Shown here: in pieces, positions 18,718 to 28,790 of the stretch
How the letters are laid out: each line of letters starts with the position of its first letter
Numbering within the stretch: the stretch's first letter is position 1
Position numbers and translations under genes: made by a program
Notes under the pieces: generated by a model
The model's database searches: none
Told to the model about the DNA's origin: nothing
The model's input: only the letters and a program-made list of their open reading frames with translations
Assembly: GCA_049606355.1 (NCBI GenBank)
Contig: JBMYVL010000003.1
Location: forward strand, 180,001-212,000
Reading direction: 5' to 3'
From: Opitutales bacterium
GTDB lineage: Bacteria; Verrucomicrobiota; Verrucomicrobiia; Opitutales; Coraliomargaritaceae
DNA: 32,000 nt

Positions 18718-20747
18718 CCTTTGCTGCACCCCTATGGCTCGCCATCACCGCAATTTTGGTCCTCGCACTGGGGCTATTGCTCACTTATAGCCTACGGCAA
18801 CGCGAATCGCGATTGGCGCGCTTTGTCGCCGTGCGCCTATTGCCGGAATTGATTGAACACGCGAGCGTTCGCCGCATGTGGACTAAAGCGGCTCTGCTGG
18901 TGTTCGGATTGGCGGCAATCGGACTTGCCTTGGCTCGCCCTCAATATGGCATCGAATGGACGGAACGCAAAGCGCGTGGTCTCGACATCGTCTTTGTATT
19001 GGACAGCTCAAAAAGTATGTTGGCAACGGATCTGCGCCCCAATCGCTTAGAGCGCGCCAAGCTGGCCATTTTAGATCTGGTTAACCGCTTGGAGAGTGAC
19101 CGCATCGGACTGGTTGCCTTTGCCGGGCGCGCCTTCCTGCAGACTCCCCCAACGCTCGACTATTCGGCTTTTCGTGAGAGTTTAGCGAGCATCGACCCGC
19201 AAGTGATGACACGTGGTGGCAGTGACCTCGGTAGTGCCATTCAGGAGGCGGCCAAAGCCTTCCCCGCGCAAACGAACATCAAGGTGATGGTACTCCTCAC
19301 CGATGGCCAAGACCTTGGTGGCGCATCCCTCCAAGCGGCTCAAGCCGTGGCAGATGAAGGTATTAAAATCTACGCGGTCGGAATCGGCACACCGGAGGGC
19401 GAATACCTCAAAACGCGAGCCGACGATGGCAGCGAGCGCTTCGTGCGCGATGCTCAAGGACAGCCGGTTCGCAGCCAGCTGGACGAGACAACCTTACAAC
19501 AAATTGCTCAGTTGACACAGGGCAGCTATTGTCGCCTCAGCGATCCATCCCTCGAGCAACTCTACAGCGCTGTCATTGCGAATCTACCGCGAACCGAACG
19601 TGAATCTGAGATGCAGGAAGTACGTATTGAGCGCTTCCAATGGGCACTGATTGCAGCTCTGGTCTTTCTAGTTGCGGAACAGTGCCTGCCACGCCGCAAG
19701 TCCCGCACACATCACATTGCAGGCCTATCCCTTTGCCTCATCGCTGCACCGATCGAAAGCCCGGCACAAGAGCCCCCGCTTGAAGCGCAGCTATCGAATA
19801 CGACCTTAATCGAAGCCCTCCAAGAAAACGACACGCAGGCCACACCTGCTGCGCCCCCATCTGATCCGCGCGCAGTCTACAATCAAGCACTGCATGCCTT
19901 GTCCGAGGGTGACTTTGACCGCGCGCAAGCGAGCTTTGCTCAAGCCGTCCGCACCACATCCAACTTAACGCTCCAACGCGATGCGCTTTACAATATGGGG
20001 CATGCCAGCTACCAGCTCGGTGAGGCCGCCTACCAATCGCAAGACTTTCCCACAGCGATCCAGAAATGGTCGGAGTCTGAAGCACTCTTCCAATCGGCCG
20101 AGCAGATCGATCCTACGGATACCGCTGCCCGTGAAGATGCGGAGACAGTAGCGGCACGCCGGCAAGCACTGGAGGACTTCCTCAAGCAACAAGAGGAGCA
20201 GGAAAACTCCGAAGCACCCGAGGATTCGCAAAACTCCAGCGACGCGCAGTCGCAACCGTCCGAGAACTCCGAAAATTCAAACCAGAACCAGAATTCACCG
20301 AACAGCGACGAAGCGTCTGACTCGCAGGAGCCGCAGCCAGACGCACAAGACGAGTCCGACAACTCACAGACGCAAGCGCAGGACGGTTCCGAGGGCGACG
20401 CAGGCGAAGAGCAACCGTCGGAAGCATCGGCAGACGAGTCCGACAGCAATGCTGAAGCGGAGCAGCAGGACTCGGGCGAAGCGCCATCCTCCACCGAAGA
20501 TCCGATGGCAGATATGCCGCAGCCAAACGACCCCGACGAAGCGCAAGCACCAGCAGCAGACACGCAGGCTATGCCGGAAACCGCAGCCGCCAACGACGCT
20601 ACAGCGGACACAGCCACGGATGACGCCAGCGAAGGCATGCGCCTAACTGAAGCCCAAAACCTGCTCGACAGCCTGCGCGATCGCGAACGCTTACTCCCCT
20701 ACACCGAAGCAGCCCCCTCACAACAGCGCGATCTGCGCGACTGGTAA
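18714..20747 (+). CDS. batB: BatB-type vWA membrane protein fused to a BatC-like TPR region and a long acidic low-complexity tail
   Basis: The ATG at 18714 overlaps the batA stop (ATGA). The vWA MIDAS motif is [12 protein letters not shown], followed by LLTDGQD and IYAVGIG and a TM helix ([14 protein letters not shown]). TPR-like repeats follow ([22 protein letters not shown]...). The product ends with an approximately 150-aa D/E/S/Q-rich tract and then [17 protein letters not shown]...RDW. Confidence 0.8.
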   Translation: MTFAAPLWLAITAILVLALGLLLTYSLRQRESRLARFVAVRLLPELIEHASVRRMWTKAALLVFGLAAIGLALARPQYGIEWTERKARGLDIVFVLDSSKSMLATDLRPNRLERAKLAILDLVNRLESDRIGLVAFAGRAFLQTPPTLDYSAFRESLASIDPQVMTRGGSDLGSAIQEAAKAFPAQTNIKVMVLLTDGQDLGGASLQAAQAVADEGIKIYAVGIGTPEGEYLKTRADDGSERFVRDAQGQPVRSQLDETTLQQIAQLTQGSYCRLSDPSLEQLYSAVIANLPRTERESEMQEVRIERFQWALIAALVFLVAEQCLPRRKSRTHHIAGLSLCLIAAPIESPAQEPPLEAQLSNTTLIEALQENDTQATPAAPPSDPRAVYNQALHALSEGDFDRAQASFAQAVRTTSNLTLQRDALYNMGHASYQLGEAAYQSQDFPTAIQKWSESEALFQSAEQIDPTDTAAREDAETVAARRQALEDFLKQQEEQENSEAPEDSQNSSDAQSQPSENSENSNQNQNSPNSDEASDSQEPQPDAQDESDNSQTQAQDGSEGDAGEEQPSEASADESDSNAEAEQQDSGEAPSSTEDPMADMPQPNDPDEAQAPAADTQAMPETAAANDATADTATDDASEGMRLTEAQNLLDSLRDRERLLPYTEAAPSQQRDLRDW

Positions 20748-20753
20748 TTTCTT

Positions 20754-22559
20754 ATGCAACAAGTTCAAGTCATCCTTCTCAGCCTCCTTTGCGGATGCAG
20801 TCTATGCGCAGCAGAGCTTACGGTGCAGGCACGCTTCACGCCACCTAAGATCGCACTCGGTGATCGCGCCCAATACATTATCGAAGTGACCGAAACGGAC
20901 ACCGCGCGCATGCCACAGCCTGAGACGGTTCGCTCGTTACCGCTGCCGACCTTGAGCGGGCTGAACCTCATCAACGGGCGCACCGCGAGTCGCTCTCAGA
21001 CCAATTTCGTCAATGGCAAAGGCCAGTTTTCGCACACACAAAGCTTTAGCCTCGATGCGAAAGTAACGCGTACTGGTCAGTTCACCATTCCGGAGTTTGG
21101 GTTCTCCTACAAAGGACAGACAGTCCAGGTACCCAGCGCTACCCTCACCGTCGTTGAGCGCGGTGCTGATGCAGCGCCCAGTCTGGATGAACTTCTTTTC
21201 CTAGACGTAGAACTGCCACCATCACTGTATGTCGGGCAAAGCGCTCCCATTGAGCTGAAGTTGTACAGCGCAGAGGAGGTCCACCTTAGCGGTATCAACG
21301 CATTTGAACGGCAAGCCGATGCTTACATCATTAGCGAGCTCCCCAAAGAAGCCTCCGAAAAAACCGAAATGCTAAAGGGGCGCCGCTACCGTGTACTGAC
21401 CTGGCCACTCAGCATCACCCCGATTCAGACCGGGCAACAAGCGCTCGATTTTAACTTTACGGTCTCGGCACGCACGCAACAACGCAACGATCCTTTCGCT
21501 CCACGCAATCCATTTGGTGGCAGGCTTTTCGAGGACTTCTTTGGTAGCAACGAGCGTTTTAAAATCGCCACTGCATCGCGTTCAATCGAGGTGCAAGCAC
21601 TGCCAACACTCGATCAACCCGAGAGTTTTTCAGGTGCGATCGGCGACTTTACCCTGCAGGTCTATACGGATCTGGATAGCACCAAGGTTGGTGAACCCAT
21701 CATGCTATCGATGGAGATTATCGGCAGTGGCAACTTTGATCGTATTCAAGGCCCAGCAATGCCAGAGCGAAGTGAGTGGCGCAGCTATCCGCCCGAGTCC
21801 AGTTTTCAAGCGAAGGATACTCTATCACTTGAGGGGACCAAGCGTTTCGATTATGTCTTCATTCCACGTACATCAGGCGAGTTGTTACTGCCCGAAGTCG
21901 CGTTTTCCTTTCTTGACCCTCAGAGCGGCAACTACGTTGAGCTGAAAAGCCCACCCCTTAAAGTTGAGGTCCGTGCCAATCCCAGCCTGCCGAGCCAGTC
22001 CACTCCACTGCCGATCATTACAAGTCAGGCGGAGTCAGCGTCGGAGAACGGTATCGAGTTGACGCGTGCCCTCACTCCGGAAGAAGCCTTACTGACCTTG
22101 GACTACCGGCAGCAGCCTGCTGCAGCAAGGTCTGCCACCCTTCTGCAATCGGCCACTTATTACCTCGCCAATGCGGCTCTCCTCGTCATCGGGGTGGCGC
22201 TGGCTTACTACTTACAGCGACGCAGGCGTCTTGCAAATGATGCGGTGTACGCACTGCGGCATGCCGCAAAAGGTGAATTCAAACAGGCCTATGCGGCAGC
22301 ACTGCACACGACCGACAGCGCAGTCTTCTATCCAAAGGCGCAGCTTGCACTTCGCCTCGCGGCGACTCGTCAGACAGGCACCAATCTGCGCGCTGCGAAT
22401 GCGAAGCAAATCAATGCCCGGATCCAGAACCCTGAGATAGCGCCAGCAATTGTAGAACTCTTTGCGACCGCCGATGCCTTGCGTTTTGGGCAGGCAGCGA
22501 TTGCACCGGAGCTAACAACCGCTCGTCAGCAATTGAAAACACTTTTGAAAAAACTATGA
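20754..22559 (+). CDS. batD: BatD-type protein (signal peptide, large extracytoplasmic beta-rich region, C-terminal TM anchor)
   Basis: The 601-aa product has an N-terminal signal peptide (ILLSLLCGCSLCAAE), repeated beta-domains and a TM helix near the C terminus (YYLANAALLVIGVALAYYLQRRRR). Its position and architecture match BatD. Confidence 0.72.
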   Translation: MQQVQVILLSLLCGCSLCAAELTVQARFTPPKIALGDRAQYIIEVTETDTARMPQPETVRSLPLPTLSGLNLINGRTASRSQTNFVNGKGQFSHTQSFSLDAKVTRTGQFTIPEFGFSYKGQTVQVPSATLTVVERGADAAPSLDELLFLDVELPPSLYVGQSAPIELKLYSAEEVHLSGINAFERQADAYIISELPKEASEKTEMLKGRRYRVLTWPLSITPIQTGQQALDFNFTVSARTQQRNDPFAPRNPFGGRLFEDFFGSNERFKIATASRSIEVQALPTLDQPESFSGAIGDFTLQVYTDLDSTKVGEPIMLSMEIIGSGNFDRIQGPAMPERSEWRSYPPESSFQAKDTLSLEGTKRFDYVFIPRTSGELLLPEVAFSFLDPQSGNYVELKSPPLKVEVRANPSLPSQSTPLPIITSQAESASENGIELTRALTPEEALLTLDYRQQPAAARSATLLQSATYYLANAALLVIGVALAYYLQRRRRLANDAVYALRHAAKGEFKQAYAAALHTTDSAVFYPKAQLALRLAATRQTGTNLRAANAKQINARIQNPEIAPAIVELFATADALRFGQAAIAPELTTARQQLKTLLKKL

Positions 22560-23302
22560 ACACGCAGCTCCTTCCCCTTCTGTCGCTCGCACTGATATTC
22601 AGCTTTACCGGCTTCGTGCAGGCGGATCCTTTCGCTGAAGGCATTGCCGCGTATGAAGCCGGCAACTACAGCAAGGCCCTCGAGGAATTTGAAGCCGCCT
22701 CCAACGAGGCTTCGTCGGCAGCCACGCATCACAACCTTGCGCTCACTTACCTCAAGCTCGAACAACCGGCTGCTGCGGTTTGGCATATGGAGCGCGCGAT
22801 CCTGCTGGACCCCCGCAACAATGCGTACCGCTATAAACTCAATGCCCTTCGCGAGCAACTCGGTCTCTTTGCCACACAGCTAAGCTGGTATCAGCAAGCC
22901 GCACAACTACTCCGCATGGATCAATGGATCCTACTGGCGACCGGTGGTGCATGGGCTTGGCTCGCACTGACCCTCCTACCCAAAATTGCGGACACGCGCC
23001 TTTCGCAGGGTCTCAAATTTGGGCGAAGCCTAAGCCTCGTCTTGCTATTACTGAGCATTTCCGCACTCGCGCTGCAGCGGCAGTCGCACGCACACGGGAT
23101 TATTGTCGCCGAGGCAGCGATCGCTCTCCACGCCGCCCCTGCCAGCGCGGCGCCCACTACCGGCACGGCTCGCCCCGGAGAGCGCGCCATCGTGATCGAC
23201 CGACACAATCATTATCTACACATCAGAACCGAAGCTGAGGCAAGGGGATGGATTCCAGACGACTCGTACCAAGCGCTGATGCTACCCAAGACCGATGCTT
23301 GA
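22556..23302 (+). CDS. batE: BatE-type protein (signal peptide, TPR, TM segments, C-terminal SH3b-like domain)
   Basis: The start overlaps the batD stop (ATGA at 22556-22559). The TPR region reads FAEGIAAYEAGNYSKALEEFEAA...HNLALTYLKLEQPAAAVWHMERAILLDPRN. Two hydrophobic segments follow. The C terminus is SH3-like: GERAIVIDRHNHYLHIRTEAEARGWIP. Confidence 0.7.
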   Translation: MNTQLLPLLSLALIFSFTGFVQADPFAEGIAAYEAGNYSKALEEFEAASNEASSAATHHNLALTYLKLEQPAAAVWHMERAILLDPRNNAYRYKLNALREQLGLFATQLSWYQQAAQLLRMDQWILLATGGAWAWLALTLLPKIADTRLSQGLKFGRSLSLVLLLLSISALALQRQSHAHGIIVAEAAIALHAAPASAAPTTGTARPGERAIVIDRHNHYLHIRTEAEARGWIPDDSYQALMLPKTDA

Positions 23303-23372
23303 TTTTTAATCAATCCGCCCTACTTTGTGCGGTTTTTTCAAAACCACTTTCATTTAACCTACATCCATTATT

Positions 23373-25250
23373 ATGAGTCAACAGACACACGCACCTGAGC
23401 GCCACGAGTTCCAAGCCGAAGTTAAGCAGGTCCTCGATATCGTCGTCCATTCGCTGTACACCGACAAAGAGATCTTTGTCCGCGAGTTAATTTCGAATGC
23501 ATCGGATGCCACTGAAAAACTGCGCCACACGCAGATCACTGAAAAGGAGATCTACGACGCCGACCTTGACCTTGAAATCCAAGTCACATCGGACGAGGAA
23601 GCCGGCACGATCACCATCAAGGATTTTGGTATCGGCATGACACATGGCGAACTCATCGAGAACCTCGGCACGATCGCTCACTCCGGCTCCAAAGCGTTCC
23701 TGAAAGCCCTTCAAGAAAGCGGCGAGCGCAATGACAATTTGATCGGTCAATTCGGTGTTGGTTTCTACTCCGTCTTCATGGTGGCGGATCAGGTGGATGT
23801 GTATACTCGCACCTGGCAAACCGAAGGGGAAAGCCTACACTGGTCAAGTGATGGCTCCGGCGCTTATGAGATCGAACAAGTTGAGGGTGAGCGCCGCGGC
23901 ACTCGCATCGTTATCTCCCTAAAGGACGAGTACAAAGACTTTGCCAAGAAGGATCGCATCGAGGACATCATCAAAAAGTACTCTGCCTTCGTGCAGTTCC
24001 CGGTCAAAGTGGAGGGCGACGAGCTCAATACCATCGGCGCGATCTGGCTCAAAAACAAGAGCGACATCTCTGAAGACGAGTACAAGGAATTTTATAAGTT
24101 CCAGGCCAAAGCCTTCGACGAACCACGTTTTTGGCTGCACTTCTCCGCGGATGCTCCACTGGAAATCAACACCCTCCTTTTCGCGCCGACTGAAAATATG
24201 GAAGGCTTCGGGTTCGGTCGCATGGAGCCGGGTGTTGCCCTGTATTGCCGCAAGGTCCTGATCGACAGCGAGCCCAAGAATCTATTGCCCGACTGGCTGC
24301 GCTTCGTGCGCGGAGTCGTCGACAGCGCCGACCTACCGCTCAACATTTCCCGCGAGTCGATGCAGGACAGCACGCTGATTCAGAAGCTCAACAAGGTCAT
24401 CACCAAACGCTTCCTCAAGTTACTTGAAGACAAAGCGAAGAAAGAACCGGACGTTTATGACGATTTCTGGAGCAAGTTCGGCCTCTTCCTGAAGGAAGGG
24501 GTGACCACCGACTTCACCCATCGCGACCATTTACTCAAGCTGCTTCGTTACGAGTCATCCTACACCGAAGAAGGCAAGACCACCAGCCTTGCGGACTACC
24601 TATCCCGCGCACCGGAAGGTCAAAAGGAGATTTACTACCTCTCCGGACCAAGCCGCAGCGCCATCGAAAGTGGCCCTTATCTGGAAGCCTTCAAGGCGCG
24701 TAACATCGAAGTGCTTTACATGTACGAACCGGTCGACGAGTTCGTTATGAATCACGCCCGTAACTTCGAAGAGAAAAATTTCGTCTCGGCCGATAGCGAT
24801 GACATCGACCTGGACGCGATTGCTCCCGAAACTGAAACCGACAAGCCTGAAGCACTCGACAAGGATGCCAGCGAAAACCTTTGCAGCTTCATCAAAGAAA
24901 CGCTCAGCAAGGAAGTCAGTGAAGTTACCGCCAGCGACCGCCTCGTGGGCAGTCCGGCGATGATCGTTAACGCCGATAAGATGATGACCGCACAGATGCG
25001 TAAAATGATGAAGGCGATGCAACAAGACGGCGGCATGATGGGCGGGGAACCACCCGTGAAGCTGCAAATCAATCCGCGTCACCCACTGGTTAAAAATCTT
25101 GCTGACCTGCGCGACAGCGACGGTGAACTCGCGGGAATCATCAGCCAGCAAATCCTCGACAATGCTCGCATGGCAGCCGGCCTCCTCGAAGACCCCAGCG
25201 CCATGGTTCAGCGCAATTACGAGATCCTCGAAAAGCTGAGCGCCAAATAG
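23373..25250 (+). CDS. htpG: Molecular chaperone HtpG (Hsp90)
   Basis: The N terminus reads [41 protein letters not shown]...[15 protein letters not shown]. At 625 aa it is full length, with the middle and C-terminal dimerisation regions present. Confidence 0.95.
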   Translation: MSQQTHAPERHEFQAEVKQVLDIVVHSLYTDKEIFVRELISNASDATEKLRHTQITEKEIYDADLDLEIQVTSDEEAGTITIKDFGIGMTHGELIENLGTIAHSGSKAFLKALQESGERNDNLIGQFGVGFYSVFMVADQVDVYTRTWQTEGESLHWSSDGSGAYEIEQVEGERRGTRIVISLKDEYKDFAKKDRIEDIIKKYSAFVQFPVKVEGDELNTIGAIWLKNKSDISEDEYKEFYKFQAKAFDEPRFWLHFSADAPLEINTLLFAPTENMEGFGFGRMEPGVALYCRKVLIDSEPKNLLPDWLRFVRGVVDSADLPLNISRESMQDSTLIQKLNKVITKRFLKLLEDKAKKEPDVYDDFWSKFGLFLKEGVTTDFTHRDHLLKLLRYESSYTEEGKTTSLADYLSRAPEGQKEIYYLSGPSRSAIESGPYLEAFKARNIEVLYMYEPVDEFVMNHARNFEEKNFVSADSDDIDLDAIAPETETDKPEALDKDASENLCSFIKETLSKEVSEVTASDRLVGSPAMIVNADKMMTAQMRKMMKAMQQDGGMMGGEPPVKLQINPRHPLVKNLADLRDSDGELAGIISQQILDNARMAAGLLEDPSAMVQRNYEILEKLSAK

Positions 25251-25271
25251 TCGAACGCGAAAAGACCTTGC

Positions 25272-25303
25272 AAAGCCCGCTACCGATTGGAGCGGGCTTT
25301 TTT
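25272..25303 (+). terminator. Rho-independent terminator after htpG
   Basis: The stem aaagcccgct (25272-25281) pairs with agcgggcttt (25291-25300) around a 9-nt loop. The T-run extends to 25303. Confidence 0.75.
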
Positions 25304-25307
25304 GTAT

Positions 25308-25865
25308 TTAAACCGACCGCGATGGATTCCTGCATTCAAACGAACGGTACTTGTGCAGCAGCGCTTTCGGCAAATGACAGGCTTCTTCAGGGTGTAATTG
25401 CAGACGATCTTGATGCTCCGGAGCACTGCGAAGATAGTTCCGCAAAGGCAGCACCTCGACCGCGATCCTTGCCGCGTCCTTTCTCCCCTCAATGAAACGC
25501 CTTGCCGCAGCCAAATGCGCAGGCGCTCGACTATACACTCCGGTCCTGTACTTTTCCCCGACATCCGGCCCCTGCCTATTGATGCTGTACGGATCAATAA
25601 TTTCGAAAAAGTAGCGCATCAATTGGGCTACGGATAGTTGATTCGCGTCAAAGCTAGTGCGTACACATTCAGCGTAGCCATCGTATGCGCCCTCGATGGA
25701 CTGAGAGCTGCCATTCGCTCTGCCCGCTTCAGTGGCAAGCACGCCGGGCAGGTGGCGGACAAATTCCTGAACACCCCATAGGCAGCCACCGGCTAAAAAG
25801 ATTTCGTCGCTTGCTTGTTTCAATGCTTCCGCATTTTTAATCCGAACTAAATTCCAGCAAGTCAT
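25308..25865 (-). CDS. msrA: Peptide-methionine (S)-S-oxide reductase MsrA
   Basis: The translation contains IFLAGGCLWGVQEF...GYAECVRTSFDANQLSVAQLMRYFFEIIDPYSINRQGPDVGEKYRTGVY...VEVLPLRNYLRSAPEHQD, which are MsrA motifs in order. The ATG at 25865 gives a family-typical 185-aa product. The longer ORF extending to 25988 adds 41 unmatched residues. Confidence 0.85.
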   Translation of the reverse strand: MTCWNLVRIKNAEALKQASDEIFLAGGCLWGVQEFVRHLPGVLATEAGRANGSSQSIEGAYDGYAECVRTSFDANQLSVAQLMRYFFEIIDPYSINRQGPDVGEKYRTGVYSRAPAHLAAARRFIEGRKDAARIAVEVLPLRNYLRSAPEHQDRLQLHPEEACHLPKALLHKYRSFECRNPSRSV

Positions 25866-25891
25866 TAAGCACCGTTTGTGACCGCCACCCG

Positions 25892-25926
25892 AATTGTTAA
25901 TTGAAAATTTATTTAACTTAACAATT
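25892..25926. promoter_or_regulatory. AT-rich inverted repeat (possible operator) in the msrA / TonB-dependent receptor divergent intergenic region
   Basis: AATTGTTAA (25892-25900) and TTAACAATT (25918-25926) are perfect 9-bp inverted arms separated by a 17-nt A/T-rich spacer. The element ends 33 nt upstream of the receptor ATG. Confidence 0.3.
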
Positions 25927-25958
25927 GCAGCCTCGGAAAAACCGACTTTAAGCGAGGG

Positions 25959-27836
25959 ATGCTCATCAACCACCCTTCCCGGTTTCATCTACTTTCACTG
26001 GCAGCGTTCGCAGCCACTTTAGCGCAGGCGGATCCTATCGAGGCAGCCAGCGATCCGGCGGTCTACACGCTGCCAAACTTAACGGTGCACGGTCAACAGA
26101 CAGCGAACGTCATGCCGGTGAGCACCTATGATACCCCGGTTTCCAACTTGGAATTTGATCCCCGCATCGACTTCCAGTCCCGCAATATGGCAGAGGCACA
26201 GGGTGATGTCACCATTCGTGGCGGCATTTTTGAAAACACCGGCTTTCGCATCGGCAGCGCCACCCTGATCGACCCACAAACCGGACACTATTTCGCCGAG
26301 CTCCCCATCGCTCCGGAAATGCTCACGGCCCCCGATGTACTGATCGGAGCGGACAACGCACTGTATGGCTTCAATAGCACTGTCGGTACCATCAGTTACG
26401 GCTGGAGCCAAATACAGGAGGGTGGCAGCGCCACTCTCGGCGCCGGCGATCACGACCTTAACTTTCAACGCATACACCACGGCATGACCGCTGCCTTCGG
26501 CGAAAACAATGCCTGGTCTTGGGGCGCAGAGGCTGAGGTCTCCCGCTCCGAAAGTGACGGTACGATTGCCAACGGCGACCACAACTTTGACCGCGTCACT
26601 GGCCGCGTGCAGCTGGTTGGCCCGCAGTCACAGACCGACTTCTTCGCCGGCTATCAGGCCAAGTTCTTCGGCTGGCCGAATATGTATACGCCGTATGGAG
26701 TCAATGAGACTGAAAATCTCAAAACCCGCCTCTTCCTACTCAACCATAAGAAGTCCTACAACGAACAAAGCTACATCGAAGCTACGGCCTACTATCGTGA
26801 ACACAAAGATCATTACGTGTACTCGAGAGAGAGCCCTAATATTTTCCAGGCGAAGCACACGACTGACGTCGCTTCGCTCGGCTTCGCTGGCTTTCATGTA
26901 TTCGACCACCATTGCGGCATCCACTACGCAGGGCAAATTACCGCCGACGAAATTGAGTCCACCTCTCTAGAGCGCGGCGACTTCCAATCGCGCACCTACA
27001 CCAAGCTGAGCGTGCTCCCAGAATACCGCAGCGAGCTCACTGCCAACGAAACGCTTAAGTTCCGCGCAGGTGCCAGCATCGACGATTCCAACCGCAACGA
27101 CTCTGAGCTTTCTATAATTAGCGACATTACATGGACGCGCACCCACAACGATGACCATGCTGAAAGCCTGCACCTCTCCTACTCCGAGGCCAGCCAAGTC
27201 GCCGGCTACACCGCCATCGGTGGCAGCGATAGCGGTGGACTCTTTCGCAGTAACTACAACTTGAATCGCGAAGCCAGCCGTAATCTCGAACTCGGCGGGA
27301 TCCTCAAGCGTGGCAACTGGAGCCTCGAAGGCGCGGTCTTCTACCGTTGCGACGACGACCTAGTCGACTGGACCTACTCAGCAGCCAATCCGACTGCACG
27401 ATCTGCAACAGGCGTGGACATCGAAACCCACGGCGCCGAACTGATCGCCACCAAGCGCTGGAAGACCATTGAAGCCATTGCCAGCTATAGCTTTCTCGAT
27501 AAAGATGAGGACTACGGCGACGACAGTATCGACGCCAGTTTCTACGCGCTCAACTATGCCAAGCACCGCATCACCCTCGGCGCAATCTGGACACCCAGCG
27601 AGCGCATCGAAGTCCGCATCGACAATGAATGGCGCAGCCAGGAAGACAATGCCCTGCGCCGCAGTGACAACGAGGCCCTCTTCACCCATATCGGCGTGAG
27701 CTTCTTCCCGTCACAATGCAATGGCTTGGAGCTTTTTGCCGCCGTGGATAATGCCTGGGATGACGACTACGAGGAAGTGCCCGGCACTCCGGGGCGCGGC
27801 GATCAAGTGTCCTGTGGCGCGACCTACCGCTGGTAA
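25959..27836 (+). CDS. TonB-dependent outer-membrane receptor
   Basis: The product has a signal peptide (LLSLAAFAATLAQA) and a TonB-box-like LPNLTVHG. Plug motifs are present (DVTIRGGIFENTGFRIGSATLIDPQTGH). A long beta-barrel region follows, ending in the terminal aromatic sequence ATYRW. Confidence 0.85.
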   Translation: MLINHPSRFHLLSLAAFAATLAQADPIEAASDPAVYTLPNLTVHGQQTANVMPVSTYDTPVSNLEFDPRIDFQSRNMAEAQGDVTIRGGIFENTGFRIGSATLIDPQTGHYFAELPIAPEMLTAPDVLIGADNALYGFNSTVGTISYGWSQIQEGGSATLGAGDHDLNFQRIHHGMTAAFGENNAWSWGAEAEVSRSESDGTIANGDHNFDRVTGRVQLVGPQSQTDFFAGYQAKFFGWPNMYTPYGVNETENLKTRLFLLNHKKSYNEQSYIEATAYYREHKDHYVYSRESPNIFQAKHTTDVASLGFAGFHVFDHHCGIHYAGQITADEIESTSLERGDFQSRTYTKLSVLPEYRSELTANETLKFRAGASIDDSNRNDSELSIISDITWTRTHNDDHAESLHLSYSEASQVAGYTAIGGSDSGGLFRSNYNLNREASRNLELGGILKRGNWSLEGAVFYRCDDDLVDWTYSAANPTARSATGVDIETHGAELIATKRWKTIEAIASYSFLDKDEDYGDDSIDASFYALNYAKHRITLGAIWTPSERIEVRIDNEWRSQEDNALRRSDNEALFTHIGVSFFPSQCNGLELFAAVDNAWDDDYEEVPGTPGRGDQVSCGATYRW

Positions 27837-27871
27837 CGAGCGGGCCAGCCAAGTCGAACCCTACTGAGCGC

Positions 27872-28780
27872 ATGCGCTATCTCGCCATCGTCTCCGTCCT
27901 CTGGGCGTTTTCCTTCGGCTTGATCGGCAGTGCCTTGGCTGGTGTGGATGCTTACTTCGTCGCCACGGCGCGCCTTGGCTGTGCGACCTTACTTTTCCTT
28001 CCGTGGCTTCGACCGAAGGCAATCGGCAGGCAGGCGAGCTTGCGGCTGATCGCCATTGGCGCGATCCAATTTGGCCTCATGTACGTCTGTTACATGAAAG
28101 CTTTTGAGTACTTGCCGTCGCACCTTGTCGCACTCTTCTCCATCCTCACTCCGGTCTATGTGGTGCTGATTCATGACATCAGTCACAAGCGATTCTCACC
28201 GCACTATCTACTCGCTGCGCTCCTGTCGGTAACTGGAGCCGCAGCAATCAAGATTCAAGGGGCTCCCTCCGGTTCTATCTGGATAGGGTTTGGCTTGATG
28301 CAGCTCGCCGGGCTTTCATTCGCGTACGGTCAACTCGCCTACCGCGCTTGGAAACGGCACCATCCATCGATCCACAACACCACGGTGTTCGCACTGCTCA
28401 CACTGGGAGGCACGATTTGCGCCGGAGCTTTTAGCGTATGCTTTGCGGACCGAGCGGCACTGGTTGTGACCCCCTCGCAATGGCAGGCAATTTTATATCT
28501 TGGCTGTATTGCTTCAGGCCTTGGTTTCTTTCTTTGGAATAAAGGAGCCGTGCTGTGTAACGCCGGCGTACTGGCTGCATTCAATAACGCCGTCGTTCCA
28601 CTTGCCGTCTTCTTTTCCTTATTTGTTTTCGGCGAGATCGCAGCTATTTCAGCCGAAGCCTTGTTGCGATTCGTCTTCGGTGGGCTTCTGGTCGGTATGG
28701 CCGTCGTGGTCGGCCAAAAGCAAAGCGTTTCGCTTCCCGAAAATGAGTGCGCACGCCGATCCGGAAGCGGCACGCGGTGA
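27872..28780 (+). CDS. EamA/DMT-superfamily inner-membrane transporter
   Basis: The 302-aa product has about 10 hydrophobic segments arranged as two EamA-like halves (LAIVSVLWAFSFGLIG...; AILYLGCIASGLGFFLWNKG...). It starts 35 nt after the receptor stop. Confidence 0.8.
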   Translation: MRYLAIVSVLWAFSFGLIGSALAGVDAYFVATARLGCATLLFLPWLRPKAIGRQASLRLIAIGAIQFGLMYVCYMKAFEYLPSHLVALFSILTPVYVVLIHDISHKRFSPHYLLAALLSVTGAAAIKIQGAPSGSIWIGFGLMQLAGLSFAYGQLAYRAWKRHHPSIHNTTVFALLTLGGTICAGAFSVCFADRAALVVTPSQWQAILYLGCIASGLGFFLWNKGAVLCNAGVLAAFNNAVVPLAVFFSLFVFGEIAAISAEALLRFVFGGLLVGMAVVVGQKQSVSLPENECARRSGSGTR

Positions 28781-28790
28781 ATGCCAAGGC

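Noticed and set aside
20030-20638. 202-aa Ser/Cys/Ala-rich ORF, and overlapping 96-122-aa ORFs, antisense to the batB 3' region.
   Set aside because: These are mirror images of the GA-rich acidic-tail codons, which produce stop-free antisense frames. There is no independent signal such as a start context or motifs.
24600-25151. 183-aa antisense ORF in htpG, and a 167-aa antisense ORF in the receptor gene (26079-26582).
   Set aside because: These are shadow ORFs inside confidently assigned genes, with no independent support.
25866-25988. 41-residue N-terminal extension of MsrA that overlaps the TonB-dependent receptor start on the other strand.
   Set aside because: MsrA homology begins only shortly before the GGCLWG motif. 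The internal ATG at 25865 gives a standard-length enzyme and leaves a normal divergent promoter region.
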